From the IMG/VR virus record IMGVR_UViG_3300042914_002678: a stretch of 64,000 nt of DNA. One strand, given 5' to 3'. Under the pieces are notes generated by a model. It saw only the letters and a list, made by a program, of their open reading frames with translations. It ran no database searches and was not told the DNA's origin. The DNA is from a virus (Duplodnaviria > Caudoviricetes). Shown piece by piece: positions 35,301-43,400 of this stretch. The translations under genes and the position numbers were made by a program. How positions within the stretch are numbered: position 1 is the first letter of the stretch; every line of letters begins with the position of its first letter.

Positions 35301-35905
35301 TATTAATATCTCCACCAACATTAATTATGGAAACAAATAGTGTTTCATCTTATTCTGGAGATTCTGGAATAATTGTTGGATTTGGAACAACCACTCAAGC
35401 ATCTTTGGATAAATTTATTTTTGATTTGATTATTCCCCAAGATTCATTCTTCAGAAATGTGTCGTATGTTGGAACTGCAATTACACTAAGCGAAATTGGC
35501 GTCAATGATTATTTTGTAGTGAATAATTCAAACATTGGAGTTGCTTCTACAGCAATAACATCAAAAGATATTGGTGGAAATACTATTGGAATAGGAACTA
35601 GATTTGTTGATAATGTTTATCAAGTAGATTCTGTCAATACAGTACAATCTTCTGTGATAGGAATTGGACTAACTTATGTTAGAAGAGTTTCCGTAAGAAT
35701 AGTTGGCGCAGGAATCACTAATTATGGAATTGTTACATCTTCAAATTATTTTGGAGAGTTTAGTTGGGGTAAAATTTCCCTGGAAAGTAGATCTGAGTCA
35801 AATATTTTCAATTTCTATGGTGATTCAGGAATTTCTGGTATTTCTACATCAGCTATCGTACAAAGAACAAAACCACTTAAATACACAAATTACTTGGAAA
35901 TTTGA
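23354..35905 (+). CDS. gp7: Giant baseplate wedge protein (gp7-like) with YHYH-like domain and many beta-repeat modules
   Basis: 4183 aa between gp6 and gp8. N-terminal QLPEYV..EFP..EFLKQYY; FYSSKGTDRSFEILF; IIGWAYDGHPIYGPYG; HTLGFKKF. Confidence 0.75.
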   Translation: MIEKRIQFQNVVQNQLPEYVKEEFPLISEFLKQYYLAQEFQGAPVDLIQNIDQYIKLDETTNLTGSVILKTNLDYADETIEVDLIQSPSGTNGFPDSYGLIKINDEIITYTGKTSTSFTGCIRGFCGITSYVSESNPEQLTFSSSNADLHTGSVYGTNSELITEGDKIENLSNLFLNEFLKKTKNQILPGFGNRNLDKDLDQNLFIKQSKDFYSSKGTDRSFEILFKALYNENVEIVRPSNYLFTPSNANYRITNDLVVESISGDPTQLENSFLFQDEYGSSFSKAYAPITNIEKIDSGVGKTFYKLSYDAGYNRDIIVDGSLYGGFKVHPKTRIIGRVSAGATVLDVDSTVGFGTSGELTVKYNDRTTGTISYTSKSLTQFYGCSGISKSILDAEEVGINTYAYGRYYTFENVGSSSTVRTENIVTLRINSVLSNFEYEEKSNYYTPKDTSIIKTLGSSAKDFISKNWFYNVSSIHEVTKNGLVLLNVADNTYGITLKTEHYFREGDIISIIEGDVERETAVIKTVTSKTSFQASLGSRFTLSATQDYKVKRRILKAQSNTFKLTNYSSNVQNVYTSLPSTGDKATKILVSSPSLPYYNGQPTDVSDRSVVFSGTFSANSNGTQFTIRNHNFYTGDAVYYIPEKVDTQYTNLSGISSAGLTVNSSIFNDDNFVITGIVNGEEVFNRVPENERLYFIKKIDRDTIKLARSRDDIFNSKFIDIKNNKTVTNNKFVPYNFKLKTLEPQKILREVSEPIVDGKFYETEPGFNGILINGVEILNYKSTDLVKYGKIEEVEVVSPGTDYDIINPPVIDINDRVGTGATGYVAVSGSLDEIRIINPGFDFKEIPDVNITGGNGTGALVSVNMKLIEHSLDFFSDAGSARISIGASNSTIGFTTYHRFRNAERVIYLTDGQSAVGGIATGASYYVSVVNQSTVKLHQTQSDAISGINTVTLTSFGVGKHHLKSFNNKSILESINVIDGGSGYANKQRSVSSSSGISTSLGQITIRNHGYNSGEILRYVGVLTSTDSPIGGISTNTDYYVTKVDSDTFKLSSVGLATDNIDFNYRTKQYVKLTSVGSGIHLFNYPPISVTISGGEQVPAVIQPIFRGSIDSIHLTNNGVGYGSSEIINLDRQPVITLKSGKNAQLYPIVNNGKITEVLVSNSGVQYNSPPDLIIEGDGIGAVVTPVMNGSTLESVKVIESGAGYTQSRTTIRVSFSGNGASFKAKIQTWRVNLFQKYFNTFTNDDGIIHEGISGNYGLQYSHLYVPRKLRETVYSVDQDGQILYGQKDLPFINNKESSPINHSPIIGWAYDGHPIYGPYGYVTKSGGIVSQMKSGYVEESSKKENRPPIGDGEGQFPAGFFVEDFTYKKSIDETVLDENNGRFCVTPEFPKGTYAYFATVNSLSVDASPPFLNYKRPTFPYLIGNSFRGVPNKFNYRYDSNQDNYDLNSNKWFRNTDPYNLLGINYDYDYISLPNKLTQTVDVTAVSPGFVDTVGIVTGGNNYKINDNVVFNNTGTEGDGAIARVSRILGKPVTSVSVATTTIFNVSIVPSDNKGNYTVICDNPHNFEKFDTVNVLGLSTTSSKIEGTYRIGIGSTALFSVIGLGTTSPGIATVGATGVVTYFSVSGRFDNVRENDILGIGTEKIKVLNVEPRFSRIRVLRAVDGTVGSSHSETTVIYDDPRRFTINAGFSTTYNYKENRQIYFNPIESVGLGTLAGVGIGTTISLANPGTGITQIFIPTKSIYIKNHNLNTGDQVTYSANNGSGLIVLESGGVGIGTTLADQQTLFVAKLSEDLIGLATVRVGLGTTGTFVGIASTLRSSTTLFFTGVGTGVYHSLKTNYSVITGEVNRNIVTVSTAQTHGLTTGHDVFVDINPSIASTFTVKYNDFNRRVIINPQSFDATGINTLTNSITINNHGFKTGQKVLHTSSAPAGGLVNQNEYFVVKVDNNNFKLSTSYYNSTQLKPSIVGISSTSFGVISPVNPPIEVYRDSTVTFDLTDSSLSYPNQGTIYPAFELNFYLDENFTRRYDKNFDSSTFEVQKTGTVGVDTFAKVTLSVNSDTPSVLYYRLEPLSDAPSVKQQVCIDDEVLFNNRIIPKVSVYNGKHNITIASTNSFTYTLKDYPEQGSYISTTSSAVLRYETDCVHAYGPITEIEIKNGGRNYYSLPGISSVNSGIGSGAILEVSSKSIGKIKNLKIKNIGFDFPSDNTLRPSTALPQIVKIDPLSSFESVGVTSFGKGYTSPPKLLVFDGKTKELMSDVDLKYTLGNNQLTILKNTYGINKVKPTILPIQNSNGVGIGSIRYNSATKDVAVTLAVGFSTADSFPFAVGDRVLIENVSVGVGSTGKGFNSENYNYNLFVLTSVDENRGGIGSVTYSLSGFVNDGEIVGLFNDAKSSGRIIPEKHFPIFNPVLKTNNYSVGETVRSLSSSFTGKVESWDPKNTILKVSSKETFKRGEILEGLSSKTQGIGSSVSNFDSHLDYSAESKVFGGWQNNSGFLNDNLQRVQDSFYYQNFSYSLKSRVDYDTWNEVVGSLNHTLGFKKFSDYQLESLPRNSGSVGLSTDIGYFEVISDLVGFGNLNCVYDFDNVRENSININGKTVSDEIIFANRILTDYEESVGNRVLSIDDLSSQFNSNPRSTAFSVVNTFNLSDIRAQKYITFVTDKRFTAQRQLLLVDLIHDGSFAYINQYGRIETQYDQGSFDFSISGTEGQLLFYPVKSSVNDYNITCLSYNLDDNLLSTGSTSIGNIAIVDTDSIALRAGVSTTIVSIANTYSSLKVLVQITPDINYNEFEFEELNIVHDGTNIELLEYGQLTTVQTPFAAPGLGTYYPYYSGSNVNVDFIPSAGVGVGTTGVINTILVGIANSDYSGIGTVNMRHARLEARTTTIPSSGSPGIHTIGQYEDSYDAAYFIVQVADTTNNNYQMSEVIVVDDYIASLGTGETYDTEFGVIETSSGLGTIGTRVSAAGTVELIFTPNPSIDTQVKVYMNALRHEDQSRDGIDFNNGTIETFFSDYTGTDRDIKRSFELKHKNFQIFERYFVGSASSVVNVSENTIVIPNHFFVSGENVVYYCAGAGTTQAIGIGTTTLSGVGSTDRLTPGITTSLYVVKVDNNKIKLATSAEKALKIVPETLDITSVGIGTSHRFVSTNQNPKVIISLDNIIQSPVTNTDITTTLAQSVSPIDDVIKFSGITSFFGSDLIKINNEILKIESIGIGSTNTIRVRRNWLGTPLVGHSTGDTVTKVVGNYNIVDNTLTFSEAPYGNTPLAASTNPPDERDWIGISTSSYFAGRTFLRSGVKNTVDETYTQNYIFDDISSGFDGTNRTFTLTSNGSNVTGITTNTVILINDVFQGRGAIFDYSIIENAGISSITFVGSAVSVTSDINTSNVPIGGIIVSVGSTEGFGYQPLVSAGGTAVVSASGTIQSISIGNSGSGYRADTSYEILTDVSSPIGSGSTQIYINNKNSVFALLNLLNSGSNCTIGIGTFNIPTTIVSVASTYVNIGIGSTGSYAIPSGTQVSVKILNPQIGVVNVSVGESSVGVGTITHIGFATVIAGSISTSVTITNPGSGYTSTNQPFVLVDDPDSYSNMPLIYSSTSSGVGTGAKIDIVVGQGSSVIDFEITNTGYAFENGDVLTVPFGGLTGIPTTSGFNEFQVTVQRVFTDEFTGWTLGELEIFDNFDELFDGETTAFQLTKDGIVKSIVAGKGSNIDVQDVILVFINDILQVPGKGYVFTGGSIITFTEAPKVGDTSKILFYKGTGSIDVTSREVIETVKPGDELTIGYDPSIGQQPYLQEDPRTVTSVTSTDSVDTIPYFGPGNTEDETLLRPVIWCRQTEDKIINGKEVGKDRELYEPNINPVAYITKSVGIGSTTIYVDNVRPFFNAQNESAVSITFQNNVRLISQDSRVGASATAIVSSAGTITSIVINDGGSGYTSNPTVSIGNTLQSIGIGTTAIATSSITAGIVTTIILTNAGTGYTQTNPPQVLISPPTLIMETNSVSSYSGDSGIIVGFGTTTQASLDKFIFDLIIPQDSFFRNVSYVGTAITLSEIGVNDYFVVNNSNIGVASTAITSKDIGGNTIGIGTRFVDNVYQVDSVNTVQSSVIGIGLTYVRRVSVRIVGAGITNYGIVTSSNYFGEFSWGKISLESRSESNIFNFYGDSGISGISTSAIVQRTKPLKYTNYLEI

Positions 35906-35933
35906 ATAATAAATAGATAAAAAACTCCGTCAA

Positions 35934-37478
35934 ATGGCTGCAATTATAACTGACCAAATTAGAATATTAAATGCGAAAAACTTTGTCTCGGATGTTGGTG
36001 TCAATACTTATTATTCTTTTATAGGACTTCCTAATCCTACAGATTATCAATCCAACTGGGATTCGAATCCACCAGCACCAAAAGACAATTTTGACCAAGA
36101 GAATGATTATTGGGATACAATGATTGCTTTGAAGAAAATTAATTCTTCAGACGTAAGACAAGTTGTTCAGAAAAGAATTTGGAGTTCTGGCACAACATAC
36201 GATTATTATAGACACGATTATAGTAGAACAAATACTGCGAAAATTTCTGGAGCAACCAATTTATATTCATCAAATTACTTTGTAATTAACGACGATTACC
36301 AGGTTTATATTTGTTTGCAGAATGGAACTGATCCAGACAACCCAAATGGGAGACCATCACTTGACCAACCAAACTTTACAGACTTAGAACCAAGAGCTGC
36401 TGGAACTAGTGGTGATGGATATGTTTGGAAGTATCTTTATACGATCAAACCAAGTGAGGTAGTTAAATTTGAAACTGCAGACTTTATTCCAGTTCCTTCA
36501 GATTGGTTAACGGGGACAAATAATGCTGCAGTTAGAGATAATGCAGTCGATGGATCAATTAAAATTGTAGTCGTTACTGATAGAGGAGTTGGTCTTGGAA
36601 CTGCAAACGTAACTTATACACGAGTACCAATTAAGGGTGATGGTATTGGTGCAGAATGCACTATTACAATCAATAATGATTCAAAAGTTGATTCAGTTAC
36701 AATATCAAGTCAAGGTTCTGGATATACTTATGCTAATGTCGATTTAGTGGCAGGTGGAGTTCCAACAGGAACAACAATACCAAAATTTGATGTTATCATT
36801 CCACCTAAAGGAGGACATGGCGCAGATATTTACAGAGAACTTGGTGCGTATAATGTTCTTCTATATTCCAGAATAGAAAATGACAACGAAAATCCTGATT
36901 TTATAACAGGAAATCAAATAGCAAGAGTTGGAATAGTTCAGAATCCGGAACAATCTGCAGGTACAACATTATCTGCCGACAAAGTTAGTGCCGTATATGC
37001 ACTTAGATTAACTGGCGCAGGTTATAGTTCTGCAACATTTACTGCAGATTCATACGTAACACAAACTATTGCAACTGGAACAACGGCTGTCGGTAGAGTT
37101 GTAAACTATGACCAAACAACAGGAGTCCTAAAGTATTGGCAAGATAGAAGTCTTGCAGGATTTAATACAGTAGGTACAGCACAAACTTTACCAAAATATG
37201 GATTTGAACTTAAAGAGTTTACATCATCTCCAGGAATTGGTGGAAATATAACAATCATTCCATCATCTGGTTCAAACTTGGCAATAGATACATCATTTAC
37301 TGGTATCAGTACTGTAATAAATAATAGAACATACTATCTTGGTCAAACTTTTGTTAGTGGTGTTGCTGGTCCAGAAGTAAGAAAACATTCTGGAAATGTT
37401 ATTTACGTCGATAACAGACCATCAATAACAAGATCATCCAATCAAAAAGAAGATATTAAAGTCATTTTGCAGTTCTAA
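35934..37478 (+). CDS. gp8: Baseplate wedge subunit gp8
   Basis: MAAIITDQIRILNAKNF; DGYVWKYLYTI; C-terminal YVDNRPSITRSSNQKEDIKVILQF. Confidence 0.9.
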   Translation: MAAIITDQIRILNAKNFVSDVGVNTYYSFIGLPNPTDYQSNWDSNPPAPKDNFDQENDYWDTMIALKKINSSDVRQVVQKRIWSSGTTYDYYRHDYSRTNTAKISGATNLYSSNYFVINDDYQVYICLQNGTDPDNPNGRPSLDQPNFTDLEPRAAGTSGDGYVWKYLYTIKPSEVVKFETADFIPVPSDWLTGTNNAAVRDNAVDGSIKIVVVTDRGVGLGTANVTYTRVPIKGDGIGAECTITINNDSKVDSVTISSQGSGYTYANVDLVAGGVPTGTTIPKFDVIIPPKGGHGADIYRELGAYNVLLYSRIENDNENPDFITGNQIARVGIVQNPEQSAGTTLSADKVSAVYALRLTGAGYSSATFTADSYVTQTIATGTTAVGRVVNYDQTTGVLKYWQDRSLAGFNTVGTAQTLPKYGFELKEFTSSPGIGGNITIIPSSGSNLAIDTSFTGISTVINNRTYYLGQTFVSGVAGPEVRKHSGNVIYVDNRPSITRSSNQKEDIKVILQF

Positions 37479-37484
37479 AGAATT

Positions 37485-40400
37485 ATGTCTCAGCAAACGA
37501 ATCTCAACGTAGCTCCCTATTTTGACGATTATGATCCAGCAAGTGATTATCATAAAGTCCTCTTCAAACCAGGATATCCTGTTCAGGCAAGAGAATTAAC
37601 AACCTTACAGTCAATACTGCAAAATCAAATTGAAAGGTTTGGTCGTCATTTATTCAAAGAAGGTGCCAAGGTAATACCAGGAAATACTTTATATAATTCA
37701 AAATATCCTTGTATTCAATTGAATACAACTTATCAGGGTGTTCCTGTCGCGGCTTATGCGGACCAATTAGTAGGAACAAAGATTACTGGCCAATCTTCGG
37801 GAATTTCTGCTTTTGTTGATAAAATTTTACTACCTCAAGATTCGGAAAGAGGCGTTTTAACGTTATATATCAATTATTTAAATTCTAGCACCACAAATAA
37901 TTCATCAGAAACTTTTTTTGATGGAGAACTTCTTACTTGCAGTGCTACACTAACTTCAGGTTTATTGGGAAATACTTCCATTACATCAGGAAGTCCTTTT
38001 GCAATAACTATAGAAAATAATGCTGCTGCAATTGGATGTGCTTATTCAATTCAAGATGGTGTTTATTTTGTACGTGGAAATTTTGTTAATGTACAAAAAG
38101 AAACTTTAATTCTTGATCAATATTCAAACACTCCAAATTATAGAGTTGGTTTATATGTCCAAGAGGATATTGTAAATGCAAATATTGACGAAACTTTAAA
38201 TGACAATTCTCAAGGATTTAACAACTATTCAGCTCCTGGTGCAGATAGACTTAAAATATCTTTAAGACTATTTAAAAAATCTTTGGATGATAATAATGAC
38301 AATAATTTTGTAGAACTAGCCAGCCTGAGAAATGGAAAAATAAGTTCTGTTTATGAAAGGGGTGATTTAGGGGGAGGTCCTGGATATAATGAAGTTATTG
38401 ATCTTCTTGCTAGTAGAACTTATGCAGAATCTGGAGACTATTTTGTAAAGCCATTTGATATAAATTTAGTAGATTCTTTAAATGATGATGTTGGAAATAG
38501 AGGTTTATTTCAAACAGGACAACTAACTTATAACGGATCTGTCCCATCTGACGATTTAGCAGTTTATCAGATCTCTTCAGGTAGAGCATTTATTCGTGGT
38601 TACGATTGCAACGTTCCAAATCAAACTTTTCTTGATGTAGATAAACCAAGAACAACAAAAACTTTAAAAGACCAATCTATAATTTATAATACAGGACCAA
38701 CATTAAAACTCAATAGAGTATATGGAAGTCCAATTTTAGGAATTGGAAATACTTATGCGTTAAGCTTAAGAGATCAAAGAAGAGCATCTGGAATAGCAAC
38801 TGTAGGAAAGGAAATTGGTGTTGCTAGGGTTTATGATTGTAGATTAGAGTCTGGTTCTTATAGTGCGTCTAATGCAAATACTAACCAGTGGAATATTTCC
38901 TTATATGATGTTCAAACTTTTACAGATCTTACTTTAAATTCTGCAGTAGATTTATCTGTACCAACTTATGTAAAGGGTGCTAATAGTGGTGCAACAGGAT
39001 TCATAAGATATGATGTTTCTTCTGGAGTAGCAGTAACTGTATACAATACTACTGGAGAATTTATTCCAAATGAGTCTTTAATTTTTGATGGAATTGGTAA
39101 TGGAAGAATTGCAATTGCAGTTACAACATATTCCATATCTGATGTAAAATCTGTCCATGGAACTAACGACGGAATTGTGGGTGTTGGATCTACTTTCCTC
39201 GGAGATGTAATTCAATCAATAGGATATAATGTTGGTATTGCTACAATTAGTGCAGCAGGTGGTGGAATTAGCACAGTAAGAAGTTCAAATCAAGATTTTC
39301 CAGGAACTATTGTAAGAAAAAATAATCTAGTACAATATACCAACCCAGCAAGTCCAAATATTAATTATGCTAAAGTAGTTAGTGTTGGTGCTACATCTAT
39401 TGTTATTGAAGCAGTAACTAATGTTACTGGGGTTGTATCAGGTGATCTCCCAACCTCTCAGTTAAATGTTACAGACTTTAAGATTTTGGCAACAAAACTT
39501 GAAAGATCTACCGATAATACTTTATATACAAGATTACCAAAAGTAAATATTGCATCTGTAGATTTAACTAATGCACAATTAACCATTAGGAAGACTTTTA
39601 CAGTTAATATTTCTGGAAATCAACTTTCCTCTCCAGTCAATGCAGGAACAAATGAGACTTTCTTAGGATTTGATGAAGAGAGATATTCTTTAATCAGATC
39701 AGATGGAACAACAGAAGAATTGACGGCAGATAAATTTGCGTTCCTACTTGGAGGTTCCCAATTACAAATTTATAATTTGGGCAGTAATGATACTGGTGCA
39801 ACATTAACAGCAACTCTAAGAAAAATTAAACCTAAAGCAAAGGAAAAAATTAAAAATAGAGTTAATAGCATTACCATCACAAAATCAAAATATTCTGCTT
39901 CTGGAATTGGTTCTACAACATTAAATGATGGTTTATCTTATGGAAACTATCCTTTTGGAACTAGAGTTCAGGATGAGATTTTGTCATTGAATGTTCCCGA
40001 CATCATTGAAATTCACGGAATTTTTGAATCAACTAGTGCTTCGGATAACGCAACTGCTCCAAGAGTAGTTTTATCTTCAATTATAAGCGAATCAACAACA
40101 ACATCTGAACTTATAGTAGGAGAACTTATAAAAGGACAAACAAGTGGTGCCGTTGCCATAGTTGCAGAAAAACTCACAGATTCTCAAATCTCTTTTGTTT
40201 ATAAAAACCAAGGTGGATATAGATTTAAGGAAGGAGAAACCCTGACATTTGCAGAATCAAATGTTACCGCAACTGCTCTCACAATAGATTCTCCAAGTTT
40301 TGATATATCACACAATTATACTTTTAAAACTGGTCAGCAAGACACATATTATGGATATGGTTCTCTGATAAGAAATGAACAATCGCAAGAGCCATCCAAA

Positions 40401-43400
40401 AAGTTAAAAGTATATTTCTCCAATGGATACTTTGATGCAACCGATGATGGAGATATTACAACTGTAGAATCATATAAGCAGTTTAATTATAGTAAAGATA
40501 TTTTATCAGTTGGAAATGTTTCTCCAAAAGACACTATTGATATTAGACCAAGAGTGTCGCAATTTAATGTTCAAGAAAATGCTCGCTCTCCTTTAGAGTT
40601 CTATGGAAGAACATTTAATCCATCTCTTGGATCTGCCAAAAATATTTTGGCATCTGATGAAACAATACTGACAACATTTTCATATTATCAGGGAAGAATT
40701 GATAGAATTTTCTTAACAAGAGAAGGGGTTTTCCAAGTTAAATATGGACAACCTTCTGATAAACCAGAAATGCCGGTTTCTGTTGACGAGGCACTTGAAA
40801 TAGCAACAATAACTTTCCCACCATATCTTTATAGAACAGAGCAAGCATCAATCAAATATCTTGAGCATAAAAGATATAGAATGGTTGATATTAAGCAACT
40901 CGAAACCAGAATCAGAAATTTAGAGTATTATACAACTTTATCTCTACTTGAAACAAATACTGCAAACTTGTTTATTCCAGATGCAGATGGCTTTAATAGA
41001 TTTAAATCTGGATTCCTTGTTGATAATTTCTCATCATTTATTTCTCAAGAAACAAATTATGGAATTAAAAATAGTATAGATTTAACAAATAAAGAACTTA
41101 GACCAGCTCACTATACAAATTCAATAGATTTGATTTTTGGTCCAGTATCAAATACAAGTCCAACTGAGTTCAGTCCTATTGAAGGGGTTAATATAAGAAA
41201 ATCTAATGATGTCATTACTCTCGATTATGCTGAAGTTGAATGGTTGAAGCATTCGTATGGAACTAGACTTGAAAGTGTAACTCCTTTCTTGGTCAATTTC
41301 TGGGAAGGAACATTAGAATTAACCCCAGAATCAGATACTTGGGTTGATACTACAAGATTAGAAGCTAGAATTATTGAAACTGAGGGTAACTATGCTCAAA
41401 CTGTAAATGATTTAGCTAGAACCGACAATTTAGACCCCCAGACAGGTTTTGCTCCTGTTGTTTGGGGTGCTTGGGTTGCAAACTGGACAGGTGCAACTCA
41501 AATTGTAAGAAGTACAACACAAACCAATGAATGGCGTGGTGGAGATGGTTGGGCTGAGCAAATAACTAGACTCAATACATTTGAAGAAACTAGAGAGGCT
41601 GGAAGTGAATCTAGAACTGGAACTCAAATAGTTGTTACTGAACAATTTGATAGAACATCAGTTGGTGATAGAGTCGTAAGTAGAGAGCTCATACCATTTA
41701 TGAGATCCAGAAATATTGAATTCTTTGCTAGAAAAGTAAAACCATTAACCAGAGTCTATCCATTCTTTAATGGTGTGGATATGTCAAGGTTCTGTGTACC
41801 AAAACTTCTAGAAGTTTCTATGGTATCTGGAACTTTCCAAGTTGGAGAAACAGTATCGGGAACAGTCATTACAACAGGATTAAATCCACAATTATTCGAT
41901 AGAGTTCCAAGAATATCATTTAGACTTGCACAAGCAAATCATAGGGAAGGACCATATGATTCTCCAACAAGAATTTATAGATTAAATCCATATGACAGTG
42001 CTAATCAACCTTTACCTTCAACATATTCTTCTACTTCAACAATTCTAAATGTTGATACATATTCTCTAGCTGCTCAAGTTTTAGGACAATTTAGTGGATA
42101 TATTGATATTGGTATGTCTTTAGTGGGTCAAACCAGTGGTGCCAGAGCAACAATTACCAATAACAGATTAATATCAGACTTATCTGCAGTTGTTGCTGGA
42201 AGTCTTTTTGTTCCAAATCCAAACTGTGTAAATCATCCAAGATTTGCTGTTGGAGATATTCCTTTCAGACTTATTAGCGATTCAAATAATAATGTAGATC
42301 TTTCAACTACTATAGCAGAAAGAAATTTCTCTGCTTCTGGAACTCACGAAACCGTACAAGAAAACATCATTTCTGTAAGAAATGCAAATGTTCAAGTTCA
42401 AACAGCAAGACAGGATAGAGGAATTACAAGATCTCTTGGCACAAGGCTTGCATCAAGTGAAATTATTAGCAGAAACTTCTGGACTTGGGCTGTTGGTGGT
42501 GGAGGAGGTGATCCACTAGCACAAACATTCTTTATAAATGAAACCACAGGAATTTTTGTCACCAAATGCGATTTCTTCTTTGGAACTAAAGATGACATGG
42601 ATATTCCACTCATGTTCTCTATAAGACCAGTTGTAAATGGATTCCCAACTCAAGAGATGCTTCCATTCTCTGTGATTGTTGTTGATCCAGATCAAATTAA
42701 TACATCTAGTGATGGATCAGTAGCAACTACAATCGAATTTGATGCACCTGTTTATCTTGAAAGTGGAAGAGAATATGCTTTAATCCTTGATTCACAATCC
42801 ACAAAGTACAATGTTTTCATCTCAAGAGTTGGGGAAAATGATTTAATAACTGATGAATTTGTTGCACAACAACCATATCTTGGATCTCTCTTAAAATCGC
42901 AAAATGGGTCAACATGGGAACCAAGTCAGTGGGATGATCTCAAATTTACTTTGTATAGAGCAGATTTTGTTGAGTCTGGATCTGTCGAGTTGTACAATCC
43001 ACAACTTAGAGAAGGAAACGGTCAAATACCAACTCTTCTCCCAGATGCTCTCACTCCAAATTCAAGAAGAATTAGAGTTGGATTAGGAACAACTCTTGCT
43101 GATTCTGGATATGTACTTGGAAATACTTTCTCACAATTAGGAACATATGGCACCGGCAATTTAGTTGGTGTTGCTGGTTCAGCGACTGGTTCTCTAACTG
43201 TTTCCAATGCTGGTATTGGATATACACCTTCAATTTCTGGATATACTTTCCCTGGCGTAAATCTTGTTACTTTGACAGGAAATGGAAGAGGTGCAACAGC
43301 AGAGGTTAGTATTTCTAATGGTGTCGCTATTGCTGCTACTATTACAAATGGTGGATCAGGATATCAAATTGGAGATGTTTTGGGGATTACAACTATAGGT

